Source: Azolla caroliniana
Taxonomy: Eukaryota; Plantae; Polypodiophyta
Direction: 5' to 3'
Length of the DNA stretch: 64,000 nucleotides
Assembly: GCA_043228905.1 (NCBI GenBank)
Contig: JBHGNT010000013.1
Coordinates: forward strand, 17,546,001 to 17,610,000
In this document: positions 35,247-47,980 of the stretch, piece after piece
Numbering within the stretch: position 1 is the first letter of the stretch
Layout: each line of letters opens with the position of its first letter
The notes under the pieces: model-generated
What the model was told of the DNA's origin: nothing
Seen by the model: the letters and a program-made list of their open reading frames with translations, nothing else
Database searches by the model: none
Position numbers and translations under genes: made by a program

Positions 35247-35720
35247 TCATTGTTGGGAATGTCCCTTACCACTTCCTACACACATGGGATTGTCAACGAA
35301 ATTCTCTGCAGGAAAGCTTGCTGAGAAAGGGCCAACTTGGAAAACTAGATCGTCTCCGTTGACTGTGATGGCATCGATGTTCCACCAAACATAGAAGATA
35401 TGAACCGAAATGCCACTGAGGTTTCGAAGCTTGCCTGATGAGACAGAACCGGAGATTCGAGGGGCATATTGAACTTCATAGCTACCAGGTATCGTGAATC
35501 TACATGTCCTTTCGAGGTGAAGCTCAAAGGCTCCATTATCATCCAAAGCATAATTTTCTCCCGAATTCTCGACGGTTCGAGGCAACAGGCCATCAGGAAA
35601 GCCATAGCTTGTGAGTATTTCATATGCTGTTTTCTCTTCTGCTACAGCGGTTGAGAGAGAGAATATAGTGGCAATGAGAGCCAATCGGAGGAGAGGGATG
35701 GACAGGACCGTCTTTTTCAT
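35247..35720 (-). CDS. DUF538 family protein with signal peptide, 157 aa
   Basis: TAYEILTSYGFPDGLLP...YAPRISGSVSSGKLRNLSGISV..FYVWWNI...FQVGPFSASFPAENF...P.C; hydrophobic N-terminus. Confidence 0.93.
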   Translation of the reverse strand: MKKTVLSIPLLRLALIATIFSLSTAVAEEKTAYEILTSYGFPDGLLPRTVENSGENYALDDNGAFELHLERTCRFTIPGSYEVQYAPRISGSVSSGKLRNLSGISVHIFYVWWNIDAITVNGDDLVFQVGPFSASFPAENFVDNPMCVGSGKGHSQQ

Positions 35721-35844
35721 GGTTACCGAGCTATTGGGAGCACTTTATGATCGGGTTCAGACTGAAAAAATTTACCAAAAATCATATGGGAAACGAACAG
35801 TCAATCGAAACAAAAAAGAAGTGTTATTGACATACAACACAGAA

Positions 35845-36802
35845 CAAACCCTAAACCCTCGAATTTAGGACAACCTAATTGGTTATGAAAAAGAAGACCC
35901 AAAAAGAATATGAATCCATGTGAACTATAATAGTCCCCAAAAGCAGTGCAGCTCTTGCCATGCAGAGACCCTATGTTTATTTCAGAACCCTAATTTGCAA
36001 AACCCTAAAACCGTGAAATTTTGGAAACAGCAGATGCCCTAATTTCCAAGAACCTGAATTCTGAATTTTGAAAACACGAGAGATAATAATCAACAGAAGA
36101 AGAAGAAAGTTTCAAAAAACCTTAAATCCTAAATGACAGAAGAATATCTAAAATCCTGAATATTTTCTTGAATCAGAAGAAACCCTAAATTTTTCAAAAC
36201 CCTAAATCACCAGCTTCTAGAAGGAGAGAAAAAAAACCTAAACCGTGGGCTTTTATGAATATCATAAACTTAATTGACACAGAAATGGGAAACACGGAAC
36301 CCTGATGTTTTTGAAATAGCAGAAGCCTTAATATACAGAGAAAGGGAAGCTCTAAACCCAATTTTATTTTTTTATGGACAGCAATTTCATCGAAAGCCAA
36401 AACTCTGAATGTCTAACATTAATAAGCTCAAGCCCTAATTCGTAACTAAAGGAAAAATCCTTAAAACCCAACGTTGTTTTTTTTTTTTTTTTTTTTGGGC
36501 TGAAAAACAAATCACGTTTAAAAAAAAAAACAAAGAACCCTAATTTGCAAAGAAAGAGAGGGAGGGAACGAACCTGTAGTGGAGCGAAAGAGAGATCGCT
36601 TCCAGATCTCACAGAAGCAACTGATATATTGTCGTCGAGAGAAGAAAAAGAAACCCTCCCCAAAAAAAAAGAAAAACAAATAAATCGAGAGAGAGAAAGA
36701 AAAGGTGGAGCTTTTTCCGAAAGGCTTCGAGGTTGGTCTTACAGAGAAGGAGAGGGGCGGTCTTGATATGGATCTGTGGAGAGCCAGGGAGAAACCCTAA
36801 AA
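35845..36802 (-). promoter_or_regulatory. Spliced 5' leader of the DUF538 gene with a cluster of telo-boxes (AAACCCTA)
   Basis: Candidate introns 36742-36621 and 36573-35762 (GT..AG) flank a 47-nt exon; several AAACCCTA(A) motifs on the + strand. Confidence 0.55.
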
Positions 36803-37023
36803 AGAAGAAGAAGAAGAAGAAGAAGAGGAAAGGGGATTATGCAGAACAGAAATTATGGTCATCGATGATGATGAATGATGAATGATGATGGAGGAGGAGG
36901 AGTAAGAGTTGAAGTCTTGGAGGGGCTACTTTTGTAATAAATTCACAAAACAAAATTCCGCACCCGGCTACCCTCAAGTTTTCGATATTTTTATCTCCCC
37001 ATGCCCTTATTGTTGCTCGGAGA

Positions 37024-37060
37024 GAAAGAAAGATATATTAACGTCTTCTAAGGCCAAAAT
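37024..37060 (-). mobile_element. Very short 3' tip of LINE family 1
   Basis: GAAAGAAAGATATATTAACGTCTTCTAAGGCCAAAAT matches the tail at about 53355-53393. Confidence 0.7.
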
Positions 37061-37084
37061 TGAGAGAGCGAGAGAGAGAGAGAT

Positions 37085-37310
37085 GGATGTAGCTGGTAAG
37101 GTTGTCCAATGGAGACCAGGAGGTCATGGGTTCAACCCCTACATTCCATAGTGGTATCTAGTAAAAATGAGAGATATATATGAAGTATCTAATAGACGAG
37201 TGAGTAAAATTGACAGAGAGAGAGAGATGGACGTAGCTCAGTTGGTAAGGTTGTCCAATGGAGACCAGGAGGTCATGGGTTCAAACCCTACATTCCACGG
37301 TGGTATCTAG
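37085..37310 (+). mobile_element. Two tRNA-like (SINE head or tRNA pseudogene) units; further fragments at about 37616 and 38222
   Basis: 37229-37297 GGACGTAGCTCAGTTGG...GGGTTCAAACCCTACATTCCA has Pol III A and B boxes but no canonical anticodon arm. Confidence 0.6.
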
Positions 37311-37324
37311 TGAATTATCTAAGA

Positions 37325-37615
37325 GATATCTAATAAATAGGTGAGTAAAATTGGGTTCAGAGAGACATAGAGGGCCCAGATGAATTAAGAGACTTCTAAT
37401 AGAAGTATCTAATAGATAGGTGAGTAAAATTGGGTTCAGAGAGACAGAGAGGGCCCAGATGAATTAAGAAACTTCTAATAGAAGTATCTAATAGATAGGT
37501 GAGTAAAATTGGGTTCAGAGAGACAGAGAGAGAGCCCAGATGAATTAAGAGACTTCTAATAGAAGTATCTAATAGAGAGGTGAGTAAAATTGGGTTCAGA
37601 GAGAGGGAGCCCAAA
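37325..37615. repeat. Minisatellite with about 78-bp unit (about 4 copies)
   Basis: TATCTAATAGATAGGTGAGTAAAATTGGGTTCAGAGAGACAGAGAGGGCCCAGATGAATTAAGAGACTTCTAATAGAAG repeated. Confidence 0.9.
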
Positions 37616-37635
37616 TGGATGTAGCTCGGATGCCT

Positions 37636-37994
37636 TATTTTTGAGTTCTTGAGGTATTGGGGGCTATGGTTCAATTGGAATATACGGAATGCCTTCACTT
37701 TCAATTCGCAAGTTGGGGTGAGAAAATATGGACTTCGCAAGTTAAAAGAACTTCTTTTGTGGCAATTGGCAATGCTATACGAAATCTCAAGCATGAAGAG
37801 AGAGAACTCTACAAGGTCACATATCATCATATTCACCATTTGAAATGGTACGTTGGGTGGCATTGAGTTTGGAGTCGTAGTGTATTTAGATCCCTAGATA
37901 GAAAGGTTCTATACTTTGTAGTAAGTAAGTCATAGTGGTGTTTTTTCTTTCATAATGAAAGCCATTATTTACGGAGAGAGAGAGAGAGAGAGAG

Positions 37995-38025
<31 letters not shown>

Positions 38026-39490
38026 CTCTCTCTCTCTCTCTTTCTATCACACAGTCTCTCTGTCTAAATACATACGAACTCAATCCCACCCTACACACCA
38101 ATTTAAACGACGAATATGATTACACGTCACCTTCCACAATTGGCTCTCTTCATGGTTGAGATTATGCGACTTCTCCAACATTGTTAGTCGAGAGAGAGAG
38201 AGAGAGAGAGAGATTGTGAGATAGGAGGTCATGGGTTCAACCCCTACATTCCACATGATATAGCGCTAGTAACGTAACTACTAGTACTTACCACTAAGGT
38301 AAGCGAATTGCAATAAGAAAAAAATAGACATATAATAAAGAGAGACAAAAGAAGAAGAAAGAACGAGACATCATTAAGTTCTTTTGGGGCCAAATTTTGC
38401 CCATGAGAGAGAGAGAGAGAGATTGGATTCCTATTTTTGAGATATTGGGGATTGCGTCATAATTGGGGTTTGCCTTACGACTTTGTATTTCGATGGTAAA
38501 CATGGAGTGAAAGCATATCTACGAAAGTTGAAGGGAGTACTAATGTGGCAATTATCTTTATTGGAGAAAGTGGAAATTCTTTCCTTAGTGGAGTGTTCGT
38601 CTTGCCAGTTGGCAATTTAACATGTTCCACTACCCATGTAGAGTAGTTAGTGGATGACCATACTCCATTCTAACACCCGTTGTAAGTAGTGTTTTTCACA
38701 CACATTTATTAATATAATTGTATGTTTTCACCAAAGAGAGAGAGAGAGATTGGATACGTCTAGGATCGATTAACTCATGTCCAATTGTTATTCACATTGA
38801 ACCTTTCTCCACTTTGATCTTCAAAGTTCTTCAAAGAGTGAAACTAAGACTACGACAAAGAAAAACATATACAAAGACATAGAAATAGGGCTTCATTCGA
38901 CCGCTCTCCATATGTGCAAATAAAAAACCTTATTCAATGAACATAGTCGTACTCCGGTCAAAGACTTCCATGTTAAATTGATACACCTCTAGACCACGCT
39001 AGCCAATTGGGCATAAAAAGAAATCGATTTCAACTATGTTCCATATGTGCCAAAAAAGAAACCCTATTCAATGAAGATAGTCGTACTTCGGTCGAAGACT
39101 TCCACGCTAAATCAATACACCTCCGGACTATTCTAGCCAATCGAGCATAAAAAGAAATCGATTTCAGTTATGTTCCAACGCCAACGAAAAAAAGTTTTTT
39201 GAGTTCTCAAGGTATTAGGGGAAGGCCTTCACTTCTAATTTGCAAGTTGGGGCGAGGAAATATGTTAAGTTAAAAATGACTTCTTTTTGGACAATTGCCA
39301 ATGCTAGAGAAGTCGCAAAATCTCAACCATGAAGAGAGCCAACTATGGAAGGTGACATGTCATCATATCCGGCATTGGAATTGGTGTGTAGGGTGGGATT
39401 GCGTTCATATGTATTTAGATCCCCAAAAGTTCTAAACTTGGTAAGCTACTCGTGGTGGTGTTTTCTTTCATAACGAAAGGCATTTGTTAT
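37636..39490. repeat. Dispersed diverged direct repeat of about 300 bp (37636-37965 and 39194-39490), plus a 123-bp tandem duplication at about 38907-39176
   Basis: TTTTTGAGTTCT..AGGTATT.GGG...GCCTTCACTT..AATT.GCAAGTTGGGG...ATGAAGAGAG...GTATTTAGATCCC...GTGGTGTTTT in both copies. Confidence 0.75.
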
Positions 39491-41355
39491 GAAAAAAAGA
39501 AGAGTTTGAGAGTCTTGCGGATGAGAGGGTAGGGGATGATATTTCGTAATAGATGAGGATTGTTGCTATGATAACCAAGGGCATTTTGGAGGGTAAGCAA
39601 AATGTGTGCTTCAATGGTGAAATAAAGAAATTTGTGGGGGTATTGCAAAGTTTTCTTTTGTTATTTTCAATGTTGTTCATAATTCCTAATGGGAGATAGT
39701 AGTGCTTTCAATTTTTTGTTCAAGCACATCATCTCTTCTTTTTATTTACTAGTTCCGAGCTACTCTCTATGAACTTATTTATTAATTTGAATTCTAATCA
39801 ACACCTCGCATTCCTCACTAAATGTATTGTCTTCATTACATTTGTTTAAGCTAGTTTTCACACTTTCTTAGTTCTTCTGTGTAGCACTTGATGTTGCATA
39901 TCCAACGTTGCAGATTGACACTCTCGACATACAATAGCAATCAAGCAAATCATGAGCCACATCCATTATTTTTATCTTCAACCCACAATCATTATAACGT
40001 ACCCGTTTAGTCTTTATCATGTTGACTTTCATATCATACAATCTTGAAGTCAAACCATTTTTGTGTCCCCATGTGGTTGACTCGTACTACAAATGATATT
40101 GGAATCCAACCACCTTATGCCTAAGATTGCATTTTCAACTCATTTTTGTAGACTTGCATTCTCGTATTAATGTGAAATCTAACATCATCCCTTGTTTATC
40201 TTAGGGCTCACGTCTTTTGCACCTATTCAACCCTTGTTTTTTTTATACAAATTTGATTGATTTAGAATGATCAACTTCTCAAAGTATCAACCCCCCATGG
40301 AACTCAGTATTGTTAATGTGAAGAATCACTTACAACCACAATATGAATGTTTCTTGTGATGTCATAACACTAGACCCATCAAATTAAGCATGGACCCACG
40401 ATCTTAAGATTATAAAATGTGCTTTGGCATTGCAACAATACACACCTTAGCACTTCCATGTTTGCCATTAAGAAAGGACAAAACATGCTTATACATATGT
40501 GAAACTAAGAAACTACAGTTCTTTATCTTTGACTCTTGAGTATAGTATTATATGCTAGGCCACATGAAAAGTATGATCCGTCACATAAACATTATCTCGA
40601 AAAGATTTAGATGTGAGAGTACAAAGGTTCATTTACAATAAATGAGAGGCAAGCTAAGCTAGTTACAAGATTTGAACACTAATCATTCTCTAATGAAAAA
40701 TGATCATGCTTCGATTACTCAAATTAGAAGCTTGAATGATCATTAAGTGATAATATATGGCAACCCATCACCAATTAGAGTTAAGCTACATGTATAATTG
40801 ACACATTAATATAACAACTAGAGACCAAATATTTTGAATTGATACTAGGATAACTAAGTCTTTCTTGAATTATGCCTTAAAATAACACAAACGCATTGGT
40901 AAAGCTCAATGAAAAGCGAGAGGTATTTTCTATTTGTTGCTTTGCAATATGGTCTTTGAAAAACACAAAGGGCCATTGCGATAGATATAAAAAATGATCT
41001 TCAGCATTGTGCATTACGTTTCTCAATGCTTTATGAAGATAAAAAATTATTATAATCAGGTGGCGCGGGGAAGAAAGCTCCACAATTTAGTCTTTCGTCT
41101 ACTTATTTTCCCGAAGCACGTAGAGAACCCCAGAAGGGACCATCCCCATACAAATACATACATACATATATACATATGTATAGCTATAAAATCTGGTCTT
41201 ATGTTGGTGGGTACAAGAAGGGCATTTAATGAGAAAAGCAAAAACTCAGGGGGGTATTGTTTGGAATAAAGGAAAACAGTAATCCCCTCCCCCTCCCTAT
41301 GTTTTGATTAAAAGAAAACTTTGTGTTTTCTATCTATCTGTCTGCTTCTGCTTCC

Positions 41356-44300
41356 ATGGAGCCTGCCCTGTTCTCCCCTGCTTCCCTCTTCTCCCAAGAA
41401 GGCTCAGAATCAGGCTAGTATCTCCAATACTTACCTTAAAATTACATATACACATGTCTGTGTGTCTATACTTATGACTTCTGTCTTCTAAGGTCTTATC
41501 CGTGTTTAATGCTTTCATAAACACACTTTATAAAAACAAAGAAGGAAAAAAAAAGAACAGGAAAAAAGACTATAAAGAGAAGAACCCTAAACCCTAAATG
41601 TCAAACCTTCACAACTTCTCTTAAACGTCTTTTTATTTTTATTTTTAGTTTTTAAACTATGTATTAAGGGATATACAAACTGTTTAAAGCTTCCTATGTC
41701 CTGAATTATATTTCAGAAAGAGAAACCTTTTCAAGTCTTTCTCACAGTGTCTTTTTGTATTGGCTTTATGGTTTATTTTAATAGGTGCAATAATGTGGTT
41801 GTTTGTATGATACTGTGATTATAACCTTCTAGCTGGGGATACATCTAACACGAAATGACATGAATCTGTTTATTAATAATTTGGCCTTGGTTACCACTTT
41901 AAAATAGGATTTCCGTTCCATTATATTAAGACTTATCTTTCATTCTACTATTAAGGCGATATGTCTTACGTGAGTTAGTTTTTATCTCTTGGTGTAGATG
42001 AAGACACTGAAAAAGATGCAATGGATACTTTGGAATTTGTAGAGAGAAGCCATCAATTTCCTAGAATGGTAACTTACATCTCTGTTATCACATGTTTCTT
42101 GTATTTCATTATGCGGTAACAGGATTTGGTCTAGGAGTAAATCATACGTTCCATACTTGAAATTAAAAGCAACGTGTGTGTATATCCTCGGAAAACATAT
42201 GTGTTTTCAGGCCAAGTGGTATGGAACTATCCCTTTCTTATGGAAAATAAACATATTTGAAATGCGAACATAATTCACATATATATTATGTTTTTATCCT
42301 TTGAAAAACAATACACGTGTTTGCTATCCTAAGTACCTGGACTGACCGATCGTAACTTTCCAACATTGTAGTTTATATTAAGTATGCACACACAATGTCC
42401 ATACTTTAATTCTCTGAAAATAAAATTTCATCTTTTTTTTTTGTAATCTTATTATGTTATTGAAAAATCATGATAATGAATGGATATGTTGAAATTAGGT
42501 TTTATCAATAAGGGAATTCACATTCCATGAAGTCAATGCAAATCTTCTATGGCCAGGCACTCTTTCTTTTGCTGAATGGCTAGTTGAACACCAAAATATC
42601 CTCAAAGGAAAACAAATTCTCGAACTTGGCAGGTTTAATTTGAACTGAGTAATAGCTGCTTTCACTTTTAAGAAGGGGGGAAAAACATCAATACCCTAAC
42701 TTGTTGGGTATTTAGCTGAATAGCCGGAAATATTTAAAGTTGCACGATTACTACTCCCATATAGTACAAAATTTCCGACTACAAAGGGGTATTCTGATAA
42801 GTTAGAAAAAACTTAGCTGGGAATTTGGGAAATACCCAACAAGTTAAGCAGTGTTTTTCCCTTTTAAGAATAGCATGTGTCTGAATTTTAATCAAACAGA
42901 TCCTCTTGTGTTGGAGAACTTTGTCAATATGCTTCAATTTTTACATAATGCTATATAACCAGACTTTCGTGGAGAGCCACAGAAAGCTTGAAGTAATTAC
43001 TTTAGTATCTAACCATATTATATGTACTGCATCTGGTAAAAGACACAAATTTTTCTAATATGTATATTTGGTGAGAAGATGAGATTATAGAAGTTAGTTG
43101 TATTATACACTTAGCGGTGACAAGGTTTTGTAGCCTAGGTTTTTATACTGTCTACATTACTTGAGGAACATTTTTGACATTCATAAAATAAGTAAAATAA
43201 CATTGGTTTTCATAAGCTCTAACTTACATCAGAATCAGACACAGGCATTCTGGAAAACCTTTTTAGAAAGTTTACCTGCCTTGTATTATGAATTTAGTTC
43301 AATGTATATTCAAACCTTTTTTCAATCATATCCAAATATTTTTACTATTTTGAGATAGATATGTGTATGAAGTGGAACAGGAGCTCTAGCCATCTTTTTG
43401 GAGAAAGCTTTTGACACAGCTATCACAACGTCTGATTTTGATGATGAAGTTATAGAAGAGAATATTGCCTACAATTGCAAAGTGAATGGCTTAACAAAGT
43501 TACCACATATTCGACGTAAGTCTAGCTATTCATAATTGTTGGGTGATATATCTTTAGACTTCATTTGTGTCTATGTTTCCAACGTGTCTGAAAATGCCCA
43601 CTAAGAGGCACAAGGTCTACCGTAGGCAAAAATTCAGATAGGAAAATTTTAATTGTACCTGTGTACCCGTATAGGTATGCTTGAATTTCATATTTAGCAA
43701 TGATTATTCTCCCAATTCTCATCCATAAATGATGAAAGTGTGAGGAGATTCAGGGTTAATTCGATTAGATTCATAGCCTTGTAATTTTGCCTGTATCAGT
43801 GTATCAAAAATACATATGCATTAATATTACATTTAGCGTGATTTATCTTCCAATCTTTATCCCTGGATTATGAAAGGGTGGGGACATTTGGGCTTAATTT
43901 CATTTGCCTCATAGCTTTGTGTTCTTGACTGTGTTATAGATTAATTAAATTTCTGTAGTGTCATGAAAAATCAACTAGATTTCGTGAAATTTGAGCTTAG
44001 TACTTTCACTTGCAAATTTACTTTTGTTACTAGTATAATTAGATTACATCTTGATATTGCAGATACATGGGGTAATCCATTGCCAACGAATTTGCCAAAA
44101 TGGGATTTGATCCTTGCAAGTGATATACTATTGTGTAAGTGCACAAAACCTTCATATCCTCTTTGTGGTGTGTCAAGCTTTCTGAAAAGACATTTTGTCA
44201 TTTATCTTTTACTTAAACAATAGTACTGGCATTCTTTATGAGACTATAGATATCTAAAACACATCCTTGGAGGTATTAAATGGCTAGAATCATGCTCCAG

Positions 44301-45393
44301 AGGTAAATATGCTTCCTGCACTCTCTGATTGTAACAGCATAGGTCCTAGAACAAGATTTAAAGTTTATTTATAATGAGGATATAGATTTAACATCAAGAT
44401 GGAAATTAAGGTAAAATATCAAGATTCAATGATTCCTGGATTAAGATTAAAATCAAGACCATAGAAAATCCAAGTTTGAACTCGAAATGGAAATATTTTG
44501 CCAAAATCTTCTAGTTGATGTCTCATCTTGCAAGTGAATCACATTTTTCATGTTTCATCAGTAAGTGAAATTGGGACATGAATCGTGGTGTTCTTTACTT
44601 TATAATTCTTGTAATGAGTATTTGCAACATCGTGGTCTCAAAATTTGTACTCCCTTTTATAAGCAAAGCCTTATCTTTGTGTTTAAAGTGGCACTAGATT
44701 ACTTTAATAGAGACATGATTTAATATTATCTAAGGGGAGTTGGGTCACACGAAGGAACTATTTTTCCTTAATTCTGTATTTACTGTTTTTCCTCCAAAAA
44801 CAATTGCATATGAGATTAAACTCATTATGATATTCCCAGTATAAGTCTGATTATACAGTAGCTTTGTAGATTCTTTTCAGCAGTAGCTTTGTGGATTCTT
44901 TTCAGTAAGATTTAGAGTTAAAAGGGCTGATTTTCCAGGCTTTGGAGTGGCTGCTGTATATGCTATATATATATATATATGTATGTATATTTTGTGAGTT
45001 TTAAGTCTAAATAGTGTTTTTGCGATAAGTTTCTTTTTTTGATGGCATCATTACCTAATACATGATATTTTTGTAAAGAGAAGTTGCTTTTCGTTTATGG
45101 AAATATGGCCAGATGTTAAACAATATTCCAACCTCATCAAAACTCTGTTGGCTTTGCTAAAACATGGTGTAAAAGAGACCACCACCTTGGTTTTTGGGGA
45201 GGAACCAAATGGTGCATATACAGTGGGTGGTGAGACAAATGGTTTCACATTACCGAGCCCATGCTTTTTGATGAGTTGGCGTCGCAGATTGCCCAAGGAA
45301 GACGAGGCAGTGTTCTTTTTTGGTTGCAAAGAGAGTGGTCTTCAGGTGGAACATCTCGGATCGCGAATTTACTGCATCTTTATGACTAGCTAG
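41356..45393 (+). CDS. Methyltransf_16 (seven-beta-strand protein lysine/histidine) methyltransferase, 6 exons (41356-41413, 41998-42068, 42499-42632, 43373-43515, 44063-44134, 45113-45393), 252 aa
   Basis: MEPALFSPASLF...NANLLWPG...ILELGSGTG...ITTSDFDD...HTWG...WDLILASDILLY...FLMSWRRR; all junctions are phase-consistent if intron 1 is GC-AG. Confidence 0.88.
42672..42863. mobile_element. MITE-like element in methyltransferase intron 3
   Basis: Imperfect TIRs of about 40 bp (AAGGG..AAAAACA..TAACTTGTTGGGTATTT / AAATACCCAACAAGTTA..TGTTTTTCCCTT) flanked by TTAA at 42668 and 42864. Confidence 0.7.
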
Positions 45394-46814
45394 AGATTAT
45401 GAAATGAATGTTATATATCATAGAATTTTTTGAGCAAATCATGCCATCTTTTTGGTAGCATTTACCTACATAGAAAACGATTATTGTAGCAAGCATTTGG
45501 CAAATCATCTTTTAATGGGACATGTTTTTAACACAACTTGCTAAATAGAGCTTTCTTTGATAAAGGTGTATAGTCAGTTCTGTGTTAAAAATCTTTTATG
45601 AAGAATTCAAAGAGATGCAAACCAAATTAGTGAATTTATCAAAGTTGTATATTGTAAGCCTTAATAATATTTTAGAACGAGAAAAGTGATGAGGTTGAAT
45701 TATTTGTCTTATAGAACAGACCAAGGCAGCACACTTAATGGGTAGCAAACATTGTTTTGATATATACATGTTATGTTATTAAAACATATTGTTCAAACTT
45801 CTTCCCTACCGTGTCCATATAATGCTACAAGTTAATTATGTAAGGTCTTAATAATTAAACTTATTAACGTGTTGAGCAAGAGTAATTTGTAATGCTTGAC
45901 CACAATATTAAAAATGGTTGCAAGAAATAGGTCAATAATTATGCAATGGATGTAGGCTGCTTCCATTCCATGTGATCTATGCCCTTGTAATGTTCAAATC
46001 AAGGTGCCGTTTCTTCACTTTGGAGATTCTATCCTGAATCAACGTATGGTGTAGATCCTTCAAGGAAGACAAATTTTATTTTGTTTATGCTCATCAAATT
46101 ATGTTCCTAGCTAAGGAGATATTAGAAGTGTAAGCAAGTTCACCAATCCAGTCCAAACTTGTGGCCTTAATGAGACAACACTTTTAGAGTTGCTATAACA
46201 CAAATTTGGCTTCTTAAAAGATTTCACTTGTTTTGATCTGCTTAAGCACAAACATCCATGAAGACAATAATCAATGTGTCCCCATTTAGTGATGTCGTTC
46301 AAGCAACCATATAGTAGTATTTTATGCTAGCTTTGCTCGACTTATTACTATATTTTCCTTGTTATACTATCAAATTAAGATGGATGTAGTTTCTTTAATA
46401 TTATGAGCTAAATTTGCCACTCTTTTTTGTGCTTGCATGTATTTTGCATCTCTTATGGTTCAGTTGACTTAATTGACCAACAAAAAATTCTCTGGAAATA
46501 GTGTAGGTGAAAGAAAAGGAAATGTATTTTCAGTTTACTTCCAACAATACTCTTGTCAAACGGGAAAATACCTTCAAAAGGCTCAAAAAAGAGCTCAAAC
46601 ATCGCTCGATGTCATTTGTATATCCAAGAAACTAGTAATCTATACCACAAAATACTGAATGTAAGGACTAAAAATAAACTCTTCTTCAGATCTTTGATCT
46701 CATCAACAAACAAAAAGTACCCCTCAATAGAACCTACCTCCACAATGATTTATCAAACAAGGTGCTACGATTGCCTTGGATGTTCAAAATCCATAGATCA
46801 TTGATTTCTTTGGC

Positions 46815-47110
46815 TGCAAACAGGTAGAATAGATAGCCATTTAGTAGGTCATAGTGAGTACCACCATACAGAGCAAAGCAAGACTTAAAACAATTGGAGT
46901 TAACTATAAAAAAATCTGAATAAGCAATGACTCTTACACAACACTCCATTCATCAATGCACGTTGGCCACTAACAGGTATTATAGATGGCCATTTAGTTA
47001 GGTCGTAATGAATTCCATCATACAGAGCAAAGCAAGACTTCAAACAATTGGAATTCAATATTAAAAGTTTGAATAAGCAACCACTCTTACACCACTCCAT
47101 CAATGCACTT
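46815..47110. repeat. Tandem duplication of about 153 bp
   Basis: ACAGGTA...GCCATTTAGT..CATACAGAGCAAAGCAAGACTT.AAACAATTGGA...ACACTCCAT occurs twice. Confidence 0.75.
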
Positions 47111-47980
47111 GAATCATTGATACACATCAGATAGAGGAATATATATTTGATCTGATCACTATATTCACAAGTTGGTGAGGCACAAAATGTCTCCCTGCTT
47201 TGTATTAAATACATTTTGCAGTCTCTATATTTACAATTCAGCTTTTCAATCTTTTCATCTCATGTAAGTTTTGTTAGCAACTGGAACTTAATTTTTACAG
47301 GTTGAAAGTTTTGATCCCAAACTTGTAAATGTTTCTCACCAGAAGCATATCCCACCCAAAGGATCTCTGTAGAACAATGAGAATGAAGATGAATCACAGA
47401 ATGATATAAGTCCTCCAGAACGCTTCCATATCTACAAAAATACCGTTTTATCCTTTCATATCATGTAATCATTCATTAGATTTTCTAGCTAGTGGGCTTT
47501 AACCTCAATAAGGTCAAAGTTTTTGATAAATGAATGATGTTTCTTGCGAAAAGCATATCTCAACCAATGGAGCTTGGTGGAATTATGAGAATGTAGATGG
47601 ATAAATGAATAATATAAGTTCTCAAAAAATCTTCTACATCAACAAAAATTGATAGCAGAACCCGCCAGGGATATTAGATCTACATATACATATACACATA
47701 TATACATATATACATATTTATATACGGAAATATATAGAAAGCAAGGTTATAACTGTGAGAGTAGAAAAGCTTCATGATCACTCCCAATGTCGATTTCATC
47801 CCTGGTTTCAAGAAAAACCATGTCAATAGGATTAAGTACTTTGTTGCAAAGAAATCTTGTTGGAAGATCATGATAATATTTCATGGCATGAGTGAACATT
47901 GAAGAGATGCCATTGGCTGGATGATAAGAGGACGGTGATTCATGAATAAAGAGAGCTTTTGAAAGGATAAAAAAGGAGTT

